The notes: generated by a model from the sequence alone, not told the origin. Positions 26,447 through 38,930 are shown, counted from the whole stretch's first letter. The stretch: 63,672 bases of DNA, filler included, from Octopus bimaculoides (GCF_001194135.2; 3 parts of 3 records of this genome joined end to end with filler, not necessarily neighbours in it), one strand, 5' to 3'. Program-made: numbers and translations.

Positions 26447-27183
26447 TTAAAACACAAATCTCTGCTTTTTCTGTTCAACAAAACTTATTACCTTTTAGGA
26501 ATTGCTAAAACAAAACGTATCATAGCTCTCGTGAAAAATATTTCTCTATCCAACTTTATTTCCTATTAATGTATTGTAACAAGCTTTATTTGAAAATATT
26601 TAAATTTAAAAATATGCGTTAACAGTTTTAATTCTCTGTTTCCTTGCAAGCTAGTATCTTTAGAGTAGTTTTACTGGGATATATTTTTCAGTGTCTTGCA
26701 GGCAACATATGCAGAAGTTTGAGGGAAGAGTAAGGCACGGTTCATAGAGTCCTCTAAATGTTGTGCAAATCAAGTATTTTTGGGGGTTTTAATCAAAAAA
26801 ACCTAATAAAATTATTTCGCTAAAGCATTTATTAAACCTCAATTCAGCTTTGTTAATGTAATATTTGTGATGTAAAACTCTCTAAGAGTATTAAACAAGC
26901 TCATAAGAGCTTCAAAGTGGTAATTAGATGAGATATAAATCTTTCCTTAGATGTCTTAGAAAGACAGGCAACATTCATAGGTAACATTCGCAGAAGATTT
27001 GGTGGTTATTTACAATAGTTGGGTAAACTTAAGCACATGAAATTAAATCAAATATCTGCACTAGATTTGAATTTAGAACCCATAAGCTGATAGTGCAATG
27101 ACATATCTACACAACCATTTCTCTTCTGTAATTTTATGAATAATGTATATTCTGTATAGAATTTCCCCTGCAACATATCTTAC

Positions 27184-27333
27184 CTGATGGATATCCAAAC
27201 CAAGGATATTTTTCATATATGTTGGTAAGAATGAGGCTATAGAATAGAACAGCCAGCTGCTACAAAATAGCATAATGTTTACTGACCAAAGTGGTATGTA
27301 AGTTAGGACTTTTTTCCATGGAATATCATTCTC
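27184..27333 (-). CDS. SLC17-like exon (ENDIPWKKVLTYIPLWSVNIMLFCSSWLFYSIASFLPTYMKNILGLDIHQ)
   Basis: tttcag acceptor and GTAAGA donor, 150 nt, phase 0 to 0. PW..I....P.W...W..Y....LPTYM is the SLC17 TM7 motif. Confidence 0.95.
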
Positions 27334-27424
27334 CTGAAATGAAATACAAATACAATTTAAACATATTAGTGTATTTACACAGCACACTTCTTTTTATAAA
27401 CAATATCTGAAAATATTAGTAAGG

Positions 27425-27990
27425 GTTAACTTTGAGAATTGCTAAAAACTACCAGCACAGATATTAACATTTGTACAGAAATAACATGGTCAGCATCTAA
27501 CAAGCTAAAGAAAATTTGGAGAGCACCACAACTGTCACATGACATAAAACTATACCTGTTCTGTGTTACAGCAGAATCTCTTCTGCTCTTCAGTTCTGAA
27601 TGCTGGTCTCTTACGGTAGCCCAACAGCAATCACTACACAGCACATACACCTGATTTCTGCACAAGGCTTTTAACATCTCTTATGCCAATCATATATCAA
27701 ACAAGGTACTGTATAGATCTTTACCACTCATCAGCTATACAATCAAACAAAGACTGTTAAAATTCACAGGCTACCGTTTATGTTGAGCAGATCAATCTAT
27801 CACTGCAATTCTTTTCTATAACCTTGTGGGGGCATTCAAACCTGGTGTTTGCCAGAGATATGTCCATGGACTTATCCAGGAAACAGGACTGAACACGATC
27901 TCAGAATTGATATGTGCAATGTTATTTCATACAGCCCGGAAAGAAATTCACTCTTGAGTTTGAGTCGACATACACGAGTGATGTGGAGTA
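27425..27990 (+). mobile_element. Decayed RTE/RTE-X-type LINE C-terminal fragment (second family)
   Basis: W.A.NKL.KIW...IKLYLF...AESLLLFSSECWSLT...HISN..LY..LP..S..IKQR.LKF.G pattern with stops. Confidence 0.7.
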
Positions 27991-28134
27991 GACTAAAGCA
28001 GAGAGAAAAAGACCCCTAGGTTTTATTAAAACTTTTTTACATGCGTTATTTAGTACATTACCACCTATCAGAAATATTTAAATTTACAGTGTTGGCCCAC
28101 TTACATATTTTTGTAATTTTGTAACTTATTTTGG

Positions 28135-28332
28135 CCAAGTGCCTGTGCAGTGCCATGTAAAAGCACCCAACACACTCCATAAAGTGGTTGGTATTGGGAA
28201 GGGCATCCAGCTGTAGAAACTATGCCATATCAGACTGGTATCTGGTACAGCTCCCTAGCTTGTCAGCTGTGGTCAAACCATCCAACCCATGCCAGCATGG
28301 ACAACAGACATTAAATTATGATGATGATGATT
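28135..28332 (+). mobile_element. Diverged RTE-type 3' tail
   Basis: Similar to 1-337, with a GAT tail. Confidence 0.7.
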
Positions 28333-28864
28333 CTGGCCAAAAAAACTTTATAACTTTTATATTATGATATTGGAGATTGATATATGGTATGTAAATTTAT
28401 ACACTGTATTGGTTATACATCTATAAATTTTTCTTTTGACCAAAGACATTTCAGTCATGACCATCCCGTCTTTTATTCAGACATAGTGTGTATAGGACTG
28501 CATTACCCAACCTGTATTTCCTTTTTTAAGGTGATATAGTATGAAATGAGGGAGAATTGGTTGCTGCATCTAGCATCCCAATAGGTCTTCCCTCATTGGT
28601 TCATTGAGCATTCTACTTGGGTGACAGTCTAATAAATCTGTTGTGTTGTTGCAGTAAATAAATATCACTTCAAACCACCAGCCTGTCGTTGTTAATAATA
28701 TAGAGAAAAATATTAATATATGGTTGTCTAGCATTTTATCTGATAGAGCTTCCTTCAACAAAGCAGCACCTTGATATAATGAAGTATTGAAATGCAGTGA
28801 GTTTAAGGATACTATTAATTACATAAACAATAATGATATTGATTTTTAGAGACAGAAATTAAAT

Positions 28865-29030
28865 GATTAATGCTCCAATCAAGTACCAGTGCTCAACTGG
28901 AACCTATTTTATTGACCCTGAAAGGATGAAAGGTAAAATCAACCTTGGCAGAATTTGAACTTGGAATGTAAAGGTGGATGAAATATTGCTAAGCAATTTG
29001 CCCAGTATGCTGATGATTTTGTCAACTTAC
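28865..29030 (-). mobile_element. Degenerate SINE (25073 family)
   Basis: gaaaggatgaaaggtaaaatcaacctt is the reverse complement of the family core. Confidence 0.55.
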
Positions 29031-29296
29031 CACCCATAGTTTTGTATCATAATGTTACACATTTCAAATAAACTGAAATTTTCTTTAGCTAACATGTACT
29101 GAACACACAAAGATATAGAAATTTACTGAAATTACATTTCTGTTGAAATGTAATTTCAGTAAATTTCTATATCTTTGTGCAGCTGAGGATTGCTCTGCAT
29201 TTTACATTTGATGTAATGTTCACATTGCTTAAATAAATGGAGTCGCATGAAACGATCGTACTGCATTAACTTTGGATATCCTTGTTGCTTATTTTG

Positions 29297-29327
<31 letters not shown>

Positions 29328-29419
29328 CATTTGATCAATTTCTTTTATTGCTTGATTCATTTAAAAAAAAATTTCATTCAAACTCCAAATACTAAGTAGT
29401 CACAATTATTTCATACTAA

Positions 29420-29630
29420 GTTAGTAAGCTGGCAAAATCATTGGCATGACAGACAAGATGCTTAGTGGTTTCTTCCGCCTTTTTATGTTCTGAATTCAAA
29501 TGCCATTGAGGTCAACTTTGTCTTTCATCCTTTTAGGGTTGATAAAATAAAGATATCAGTCAAGTATTGAGGTTCATGTAATTAACAAACCCCTTCCCTC
29601 AAAATTGTTGGATTTGCACCAAAATTTGTA
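29420..29630 (+). mobile_element. Degenerate SINE (25073 family)
   Basis: gttctgaattcaaat...gtcaactttgtctttcatcc core. Confidence 0.6.
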
Positions 29631-29698
29631 GCAATTATTTTATAGTAACCAGTCAGTATTTACAAAGAAGTAACTAATGTTAAAATATATCAACTTAC

Positions 29699-29826
29699 AT
29701 GTAACTTAGTATTCCTCAAAGAACGTTGGATGTAGTCTACTTCTTCAGCTGAGATTCGTGGATGTTCACTTGGATCATTGAACATAAAAAAATGCCAAAA
29801 TATAAACCATAAAAAAGTAACACCTC
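29699..29826 (-). CDS. SLC17-like exon (G-GVTFLWFIFWHFFMFNDPSEHPRISAEEVDYIQRSLRNTKLH)
   Basis: TAG acceptor and GTAAGT donor, 128 nt, phase 1 to 0. W...W.....D.P..HPRIS..E..YI is an SLC17 motif. Confidence 0.95.
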
Positions 29827-30012
29827 CTATTAAAAGGAAAAAAACAATGAAAGACTGATGAATATCATCGAATTATATCAGTACACAACTGCTGGCAGCT
29901 CTGTTAGGAGAGAGGGATATTTAAAGCTTTGTTTCTAGACCTCATGCTTTCAAAATAAGATTTAAAAAAACAAAAAAACAAAACAAACAAAAGTTCAAAA
30001 TGACGTACTTAC

Positions 30013-30108
30013 CAAAAACATAGAATGGTGTTTCCCATCCACCGTACCAAGTGTTACTGTTAAGTAATGACGTGATATATGTAGACACGATGAGACCCAC
30101 TAACCCTC
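30013..30108 (-). CDS. SLC17-like exon, 5'-most found (G-GLVGLIVSTYITSLLNSNTWYGGWETPFYVF-G)
   Basis: CAG acceptor and GTAAGT donor, 96 nt, phase 1 to 1. GW...FY.FG is the TM5/6 motif. Confidence 0.9.
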
Positions 30109-30254
30109 CTGCAACACACAGAAGTACATTGTCAATAGTAAATGAAATCAAAACAATATTTAATATAATCATATCGTATATACTAATGTTATTATTAGTT
30201 ACATATAATACTTCTGATCAAATCATACTTATACACATGCACACACAGATGAAT

Positions 30255-30287
<33 letters not shown>

Positions 30288-30416
30288 AATTCATAAGAGT
30301 GGTACAACAAGGTACCNNNNNNNNNNNNNNNNNNNNNNNNNNNNNNNNNNNNNNNNNNNNTTAATTAATTAANNNNNNNNNNNNNNNNNNNNNNNNNNNN
30401 NNNNNNNNNNNNNNNN

Positions 30417-30651
30417 CATAAAAGACACCATTTCGAGCGTGGCCGTTTTCGTCCGGGTGACACATAAAAGCACCCACTACACTCTCTGAGTGGTTGGCGT
30501 TAGGAAGGGCATCCAGCTGTAGAAACTCTGCCAAATTAGATTGGAGCCTGGTGTTGCCATCTGGTTGCACCAGTCCTCAGTCAAATCGTCCAACCCATGC
30601 TAGCATGGAAAGCGGACGTTAAACGATGATGATGATGATGATGATGATGAT
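30417..30651 (+). mobile_element. RTE 3' UTR/tail copy (5' side in gap)
   Basis: Near-identical to 1-337. Confidence 0.88.
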
Positions 30652-31334
30652 TGACAGGCTTTTGGTTTCTCAAGGCTTTGGGTTCGCACAGGGCTGTAGC
30701 AGATGCCAAGCATTGGGACTGAACACTGAAAACCACATGGCCAGGAACCACACAGCCACACCAACATATCTAGATCTAGATTGTTTGTCTTTCAAACTTT
30801 ATATAAATATACTTTTGTGTTTTCACTTTATGGGTAGAGTGTTGCTGCATGGTAAGCATGTAAAATAGAAAAATATTCCTCTTGTCTCCATTTATGTTTT
30901 TGTTTTCTTTTTGACTTGAAGAGTAACATTCAAACCTTTATCATTTTCGTAGTGAACCAATCTGCTCCTTCTTGGTGTTGGAGAGTTTTGCACACATAAT
31001 TTTTCACACTTTTAGTACAATAAATATACATTCCCCAGTTATCATCCATTGGCTGAATAATACAGGTATTTTCTTTATTTATTTTTAATTTCTTCTGCTT
31101 GATGGTGGGGAATGGAGGTGGTCTGTAGTCAATATGAACCATACACTGATAATCATGTTTACACATGTGAGGATATTGTAAACATTTATAATACATCATT
31201 TATGAGTGGGAGATAAAAATAAATTTTAATGGCTATTTCTTAGTCAGTTGTGGTTCAACATTTTGTCAGTGTTTTGAGGTTTCATTTATTATTTTTTCCC
31301 TAATGTTACTAGATAATTTTTGGAGCAATACTTT

Positions 31335-31555
31335 TGGCTTTTCATGTGTTAGAAGTCCCCAAGGCAATAAGTTGGTAGAATCATTAACACATCAGGCAAA
31401 ATGTTTAGCAGTGTTTCTTCCGGCTTCATGTTTCAAGTTCAAATGCTGTCAAGATCAACTTTATCTTCATTCTTTCAGAGTCATGTACTGGGATCAATGT
31501 AATCAGTTAACCCACTACACCTAAAATTGAAAACCTTGTGCCAAAATTTGAAACA
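31335..31555 (+). mobile_element. Degenerate SINE (25073 family)
   Basis: Similarity to 25073-25325. Confidence 0.55.
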
Positions 31556-31594
31556 TTTATTATTATTATTATCATTGTTGTTTTGTTTATCATC

Positions 31595-31832
31595 AAGCTC
31601 ATTGAACAAAATGTGTTTTGGAAGTTCCATGAGTTTGTGCCTTTTCAGAAGTTTACTTTTGTTAATTTTGTTGTCTTGCCTTGTTTCTTAATTGACCAGA
31701 CAGGGTAAAACTAAGGGACTGATCAACCATTTATGTAACTCATCCTGCAGGGCAAAATTTTAAGAGAAAGGGGATTTTTTGAAAGGGCATCAACTTTTTC
31801 AACCAGTTAACAAAAGAAGGTTGTAGGAGAAG
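31595..31832 (+). repeat. 238-bp direct repeat, copy 1
   Basis: Two substitutions seen relative to 33296-33533. Confidence 0.92.
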
Positions 31833-33295
31833 GTTTTGATGGTAAAGCCATCTTTCACTGTCATCTCTTTCCATACAATACTGCAGATGTAATAGTAATT
31901 ACTTACAAATAGTAGCAGTAGTACCAGTAGTAACAACAACAGTAACAGTTATAATGACAGTAGCAACAGCAAGAGCAATGACATGTCAATCAAAGACATT
32001 CACAAAATCACCAGCAGCAAATCATATATTGTGAGCTGTTACAACACAAACAAAACCACCACTATCGCTGCAATTAAAAGCAATAGCAACTGTGACAAAA
32101 TGCTACTAATAACAGCAGAGGCAGCATTGAAAGTAGCATTTTTTTTTTTTCACCAAGATCACTAATGTTTTTTGCCTTATCTCACCTGACTAAAAGTATA
32201 AGAATTTAGAAGAGGCAGAGGAACATATCAACAGACTAGTGGCAGAGAAAAATTATGCTTAATATACTGCAACATCTTTTAGACCAAACAGAAAGGAAAA
32301 CAATTCTGTATAGATGCTTATCGAAGAAATGACACAATTAGGAATGTATATTTTCAAACCAAGCTGAACTGTTTAAGAAACATATAGCAAAACATTCAGA
32401 TATATCCAAGGTATTTTCCACTCCGAAACCCTATCCCAGAAGCTCTCCACTGTCCCAAGAAGAATTGAAGAATACTCAGTGTCAACTGATTTACCTGGGA
32501 CAGAGAATTTTCCCAGTAAAAATCTCAAACATACCACCAGAACAACTCTTCCGAAACATGTGGTTTTGAGAAACAGTAGCACACTACTAGAAATAAAAAG
32601 ACTCCAGAAAAAATCTTTGGCTTTGGTGAGGTTGATAACTAAGTGACATTAGTATCCATGCTGTTTGAGTGTGAAGGTTAAAGCAAGTCCTTTAAATTGG
32701 ATATAATTGATCATATTTGATGTTGCACCTCCATACTACAGCAACCAATTGAGAGTAAACATTACATATTTATGGTAGAAAGTAAATTCAAGCAGAGATT
32801 TTGTAATTACAACATATCCTTCAGTTACATAGACAAAAATACTTTCATAACACTGATTAAATGTACCTGGAATCTGAGAGAACTTAACACAAATTAAAAT
32901 GTTAAGTAGAAAATTCTCAATGGATCCAGGCTGTAACATCAACAAGAAAAGGAAGCATCAGCTTTGCACAGTGGAGAAGGGACATATATTGGAGAAGTTG
33001 AAAAGCTCTTGCAACTGCCTAAGCACAAGAAATATTTTAATATATGCTGACATGTTGATAAATTCATACTAGTCCACATCAAAATTCAAGAAAATCCAGA
33101 AGTTGCTAGCTAATAGCAAAAGGAGATAATCCCCAATTGTTTACCTTCAATAGTGAGGCTTTTCCCCCTCCCTATTTTGAAGAGGTCATAGGCCAACAGG
33201 TTTTGGGGTCTGATGATATGATGATACGCCATAAAGCTATCCCATAAACCAGCCTTCCCTCAGGTGTAGAAGCAAGGACTAGAATTGAGCTCATA

Positions 33296-33533
33296 AAGCT
33301 CATTGAACAAAATGTGTTTTGGAAGTTCCATGAGTTTGTGCCTTTTCAGAAGTTTACTTTTGTTAATTTTATTGTCTTGCCTTGTTTCTTAATTGACCAG
33401 ACAGGGTAAAACTAAGGGAGTGATCAACCATTTATGTAACTCATCCTGCAGGGCAAAATTTTAAGAGAAAGGGGATTTTTTGAAAGGGCATCAACTTTTT
33501 CAACCAGTTAACAAAAGAAGGTTGTAGGAGAAG
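33296..33533 (+). repeat. 238-bp direct repeat, copy 2
   Basis: Two substitutions seen relative to 31595-31832. Confidence 0.92.
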
Positions 33534-33559
33534 ATGTGTTAATGATTCTAGGCTAAAGT

Positions 33560-35260
33560 CACAGTCCTAATAAGTAGGAAGGTAGATAAAACACAAACCC
33601 CTTCAGGTAGATGGCTCTGCTCAATCTGTAGAAAAGGCGTAGGTAGAAACTCTATAAGATGTACCCAGTGTAAGCTATGGACACATAAGAGGTGCAGCAA
33701 TATCAAAGGAAGGTTAACTAGGAAGTAAGTTTTTGTATGTGGCAGATGTTCAGGAGCAATAAGCACTGAAAATGTGCAGAAAACAACTTCTGCCACATTC
33801 CAGGGAGAAAAACTAGACGTAGGTGATAGCTTCCGCTATCTGGGTGACCAAGTTAGTAGTGGGGGAGGGTGCGCTGAAAGTGTAGCTGCTAGAATAAGAA
33901 TAGCCTGAGCAAAGTTCAGAGAGCTCTTACCACTGCTGGTGACAAAGGGCCTCTCTCTCAGAGTAAAAGGCAGACTGTATGACGCATGTGTACGAACAAC
34001 CATGCTACATGGCAGTGAAACATGGGCCGAGATGGCTGAGGACATGCATAAGCTCGAAAGGAATGAATCCAGTATGCTCCGATGGATGTGTGATGTCAGT
34101 GTGCATACTCAACAGAGTGTAAGTACTTTGAGAGAAAAGTTGAACCTAAGAAGCATCAGTTGTGGTGTGCAAGAGAGATGACTGCGCTGGTATGGTCATG
34201 AGGCGAGAATGGATGAGGATAGCTGTGTGAAAAAGTGCCACACCCTAGCAGTTGAGGGAACCTGTGGAAGAGGCAAGCCCAGGAAGACCTGGGATTAGGT
34301 GGTGAAGCACAACCTCCAAACATTAGGCCTCACTGAGGCAATGACTTCTGACCNNNNNNNNNNNNNNNNNNNNNNNNNNNNNNNNNNNNNNNNNNNNNNN
34401 NNNNNNNNNNNNNNNNNNNNNNNNNNNNNNNNNNNNNNNNNNNNNNNNNNNNNNNNNNNNNNNNNNNNNNNNNNNNNNNNNNNNNNNNNNNNNNNNNNNN
34501 NNNNNNNNNNNNNNNNNNNNNNNNNNNNNNNNNNNNNNNNNNNNNNNNNNNNNNNNNNNNNNNNNNNNNNNNNNNNNNNNNNNNNNNNNNNNNNNNNNNN
34601 NNNNNNNNNNNNNNNNNNNNNNNNNNNNNNNNNNNNNNNNNNNNNNNNNNNNNNNNNNNNNNNNNNNNNNNNNNNNNNNNNNNNNNNNNNNNNNNNNNNN
34701 NNNNNNNNNNNNNNNNNNNNNNNNNNNNNNNNNNNNNNNNNNNNNNNNNNNNNNNNNNNNNNNNNNNNNNNNNNNNNNNNNNNNNNNNNNNNNNNNNNNN
34801 NNNNNNNNNNNNNNNNNNNNNNNNNNNNNNNNNNNNNNNNNNNNNNNNNNNNNNNNNNNNNNNNNNNNNNNNNNNNNNNNNNNNNNNNNNNNNNNNNNNN
34901 NNNNNNNNNNNNNNNNNNNNNNNNNNNNNNNNNNNNNNNNNNNNNNNNNNNNNNNNNNNNNNNNNNNNNNNNNNNNNNNNNNNNNNNNNNNNNNNNNNNN
35001 NNNNNNNNNNNNNNNNNNNNNNNNNNNNNNNNNNNNNNNNNNNNNNNNNNNNNNNNNNNNNNNNNNNNNNNNNNNNNNNNNNNNNNNNNNNNNNNNNNNN
35101 NNNNNNNNNNNNNNNNNNNNNNNNNNNNNNNNNNNNNNNNNNNNNNNNNNNNNNNNNNNNNNNNNNNNNNNNNNNNNNNNNNNNNNNNNNNNNNNNNNNN
35201 NNNNNNNNNNNNNNNNNNNNNNNNNNNNNNNNNNAAAGCGGACGTTAAACGATGATGATG
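33560..35260 (+). mobile_element. 5'-truncated RTE LINE (C-terminal ORF plus tail across N gap)
   Basis: RWLCSICRKGVG..., LSLRVKGRLYDACVRTTMLHGSETW, GRGKPRKTW, and a (GAT)n tail at 35250. Confidence 0.9.
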
Positions 35261-35291
35261 GTGAGGATATATAAGATCTTTATACAGAACC

Positions 35292-35711
35292 AGGCATAGG
35301 AGTAGCTGTGTGTTAAGTAGCTTGCTTACAAACCACATGGTTCCGGGTCCAGTCTCGCTGCGTGGCACCTTGGGCAAGTGTCTTCTACTATAGCTTCGGG
35401 ATGACCAAAGCCTTGTGAGTGGATTTGGTAGATGGAAACTGAAAGAAGCCTGTTGTATATATGTATAGATATATGTATGTATGTGAGTGTGTATATGTTT
35501 GTGTGTCTGTGTTTGTCCACCCAACATTGCTTGACAAACCGATGCTGGTTTGTTTACGTCCCCGTAACTTAGTAGTTCGGCAAGAGAGACCGATAGAATA
35601 AGTACTAGGCTTACAAAGAATAAGTCCTGGGGTCGATATGCTCGATTAAAGGTGGTGCTCCAGCATGGCCACACTCAAATGACTGAAACAAGTAAAAGAG
35701 TAAAAGAGAGT
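35292..35711 (+). mobile_element. Full-length tRNA-derived SINE
   Basis: Same family as 11283-11713. Confidence 0.88.
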
Positions 35712-36064
35712 AACCAAAGTATGTGTGCCCCTTAAGATTCATAGGAGGAAATTAATTGCACTCCACATAGAGTACAAATTCAGTTACTACTACTTCATCA
35801 ATCACAAAAAATATGGCCATTTGTGACAAAAAGTGAAAAGAGGATGTTATGATGTGGGTGTACATATCTGGTGTAAAATGGCATTATTACAAATAAATAG
35901 TTGGTTGTGGTTATCTAAAAATAACCTATCGCAGAAATATATGTTAACACAGAATGTACTTTGCACTATATGAACATAGGTACAATACTCAATATTCACA
36001 GTTTGACTATCGACTGTTAAACCAATACATGTTGGACTAACACGGTAAACCAACACTATCAGAC

Positions 36065-37150
36065 TAATCTAACTGGTAATTCTTGTACAACATTACACAA
36101 AATATTTTTAATTTCTTTATCTGCTTACAATGCTGCAATCACAGTATCCTCAAGCAGTTCAGTATTTTTTGGTATTAATCTTGATAAATAATCAGCATGT
36201 CTTAATTTCTTAGATATTATAAACTCTATCTTAAAATTGTAATTTAGTGATATAGTACCCAGCATTGCAACCTATTAGCAGTATAGGTGGGGATTCCGTT
36301 CTTCAACTCATAAATAGATAATAATGGACGAAGTCTGTAGTTGTAAACTGCTACTGTGTAAGAATCTATAAAAATTTTTATGGTGAAAATAATTGCTAGA
36401 CCCTTTTTTTTTCAATTTGGCTGTAATTTTTCTCTGCAGGTAGCAGCAAACATGAAGCATGAGCCATGGCCTTCATGTTACCGTCCTCATATTTATGTAG
36501 AATTACTGCTCTGATACTGTGCTCAGAGGCATCTGAAGCTAATACAATGTCTAATGCAGGATCAAAATGTGCTAAAGACAAATTTGATGTTAATATTTTT
36601 TAAAATTTTGTTGAACGCATTCTGACAACTTTTAGACCAATTCCACATAACATTTGTTTTTAGTAAATTATTTAGTGCATATTTGGTATATAAATCTAAT
36701 AATAGTTTGCAAGTCCCAAGAAAGCTTGTAGAGTAGGTATATTTGTTGGTGGCACCATATTTTTAATCGCATCTGCCCTTGACAGATCTAGTTGACAACA
36801 ATTTTTATCAATAATTTGTCCTAAGTACTTAATTTTAGGCAAGAAATGTTCGTATTTGTTCTCACCCTGTTTGAAACCATAATATTTTATTTCTACAAAA
36901 TTACATTTCACATGCTCGACAAGCTGATCATGGGATTCACTTTAGTTAATATATCATCCAGGTAAGCCATCACAAAATCACATTCTGCAAGTATTGCATC
37001 CATCATTTGTTGGAATATAGCCAGAGCAACTTTTATGCCAAATGGGTGTCAGTTAAATTTGTACAGATCTTTATGGATATTAATTGTTAGGAGCTTAGTA
37101 CATTCATCTTCCACTTGTATTTGTAAGCAAGCAGCAGAAAGTGGCAAAGT
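36065..37150 (-). mobile_element. Decayed Gypsy/Ty3 pol fragment (RT-RNaseH)
   Basis: AYLDDIL, KIKYLGQIIDK, LQAFLGLANYY, LAHFDP..IVLASDAS, EKNYSQIEK. Homologous to 44918-46963. Confidence 0.88.
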
Positions 37151-37515
37151 CATAAACCAAACTTTGCCTCAAACCCTAAATGCCGCCTGATCAACCTGGC
37201 CAAATTCAAGATCGGTCTGGCAAGCAAGCACATATTGAGTGGTATCAATAACAACATAAGGCAGACCACCAACCTTTCTTTGTGGTGCAGCACCAACGAA
37301 GTGACTGTACGGTTTAACGCCAACAAGGGAATGGGCAGAGCAAAGTTCACCCAATTTGATATAGTCGACTTTTACCCATCTTATCAAAAGGGCTACTGAC
37401 CAAGGTGCTTTCTTTCGCTAGGGGCTTCACTAACATTAGCGACAACAATATAGAAATTATCATGCACACCAGAAAGACAGTGCTGTTCAACAAAGGTTCA
37501 GCATGGGTCAAGTAA
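37151..37515 (+). mobile_element. Penelope-like element (Naiad-type) RT fragment
   Basis: HKPNFASNPKCRLINLAK.KIGLASKHIL...FTQFDIVDFYPS / LL.KVLSFA...IEIIMHTRKTVLFN.GSAWVK, with one frameshift. Confidence 0.8.
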
Positions 37516-38930
37516 TTCGACCCCACATGCTTTTCCTCCTCTATATTTTGAAGAGATCATAGGCCAACAGGTTTTGGGGTCTGATGATATGCCATAAAGC
37601 TAAACCCTTTATGGATGGGAAACCTAAGGTCATCTCATAAACCGGCCTTCCCCATTTTTAATATATACTATTCTACATCTTAGAATGTGCTTCTTCTCTG
37701 GATTTATGTTTTTTTGCAAATGAGATANNNNNNNNNNNNNNNNNNNNNNNNNNNNNNNNNNNNNNNNNNNNNNNNNNNNNNNNNNNNNNNNNNNNNNNNN
37801 NNNNNNNNNNNNNNNNNNNNNNNNNNNNNNNNNNNNNNNNNNNNNNNNNNNNNNNNNNNNNNNNNNNNNNNNNNNNNNNNNNNNNNNNNNNNNNNNNNNN
37901 NNNNNNNNNNNNNNNNNNNNNNNNNNNNNNNNNNNNNNNNNNNNNNNNNNNNNNNNNNNNNNNNNNNNNNNNNNNNNNNNNNNNNNNNNNNNNNNNNNNN
38001 NNNNNNNNNNNNNNNNNNNNNNNNNNNNNNNNNNNNNNNNNNNNNNNNNNNNNNNNNNNNNNNNNNNNNNNNNNNNNNNNNNNNNNNNNNNNNNNNNNNN
38101 NNNNNNNNNNNNNNNNNNNNNNNNNNNNNNNNNNNNNNNNNNNNNNNNNNNNNNNNNNNNNNNNNNNNNNNNNNNNNNNNNNNNNNNNNNNNNNNNNNNN
38201 NNNNNNNNNNNNNNNNNNNNNNNNNNNNNNNNNNNNNNNNNNNNNNNNNNNNNNNNNNNNNNNNNNNNNNNNNNNNNNNNNNNNNNNNNNNNNNNNNNNN
38301 NNNNNNNNNNNNNNNNNNNNNNNNNNNNNNNNNNNNNNNNNNNNNNNNNNNNNNNNNNNNNNNNNNNNNNNNNNNNNNNNNNNNNNNNNNNNNNNNNNNN
38401 NNNNNNNNNNNNNNNNNNNNNNNNNNNNNNNNNNNNNNNNNNNNNNNNNNNNNNNNNNNNNNNNNNNNNNNNNNNNNNNNTATATATATATATATATCAT
38501 TTGTAGAAAACATAAATCACTGTGTGCCATGGGGATTTTCATTTCAGTCATAAAAGTGCCTTACTCCCACATGTTCTTTTATGTTTGCTTTCTTCAACAA
38601 AAATCTCCAAAAGCAAAATATCACAGGCTATTTTATCTGGCATTCTATATAATTCTGACACTCACCATCACAAAAGTTTGAGGTCTTCGCTCTGTACACC
38701 AAATAATTTTGATGATTTCTGCTAAGGAAACGTTTTTCTTCATCAAAATAGACCTAATTAACAATTGAACATGGAACACATTCTATGTTTTTAAACAAAA
38801 TGTGGATACAGTTACGTGAGTGGGTGGTTGCAGGTATGACTAGGTGGTTAAGATGTTCTCTTTATAATCAAGAAATTCCAAGTTCAATTCCACTCTTGGG
38901 CAAGTGTATTTTACCACTGGTTTATATTAA

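Noticed and set aside
30361-30372. TTAATTAATTAA island flanked by Ns (also 60746-60757)
   Set aside because: Identical linker-like sequence inside gaps; assembly/scaffolding artefact.
32373-32582. Minus ORF with LVVCLRFLLG resembling the SLC17 TM4 LR..LG motif
   Set aside because: The surrounding residues and splice phases do not fit the SLC17 exon expected upstream of 30108.
38666-38721. Good-looking minus-strand acceptor and GTGAGT donor pair (56 nt)
   Set aside because: Translation shows no SLC17 similarity; cannot be supported without RNA data.
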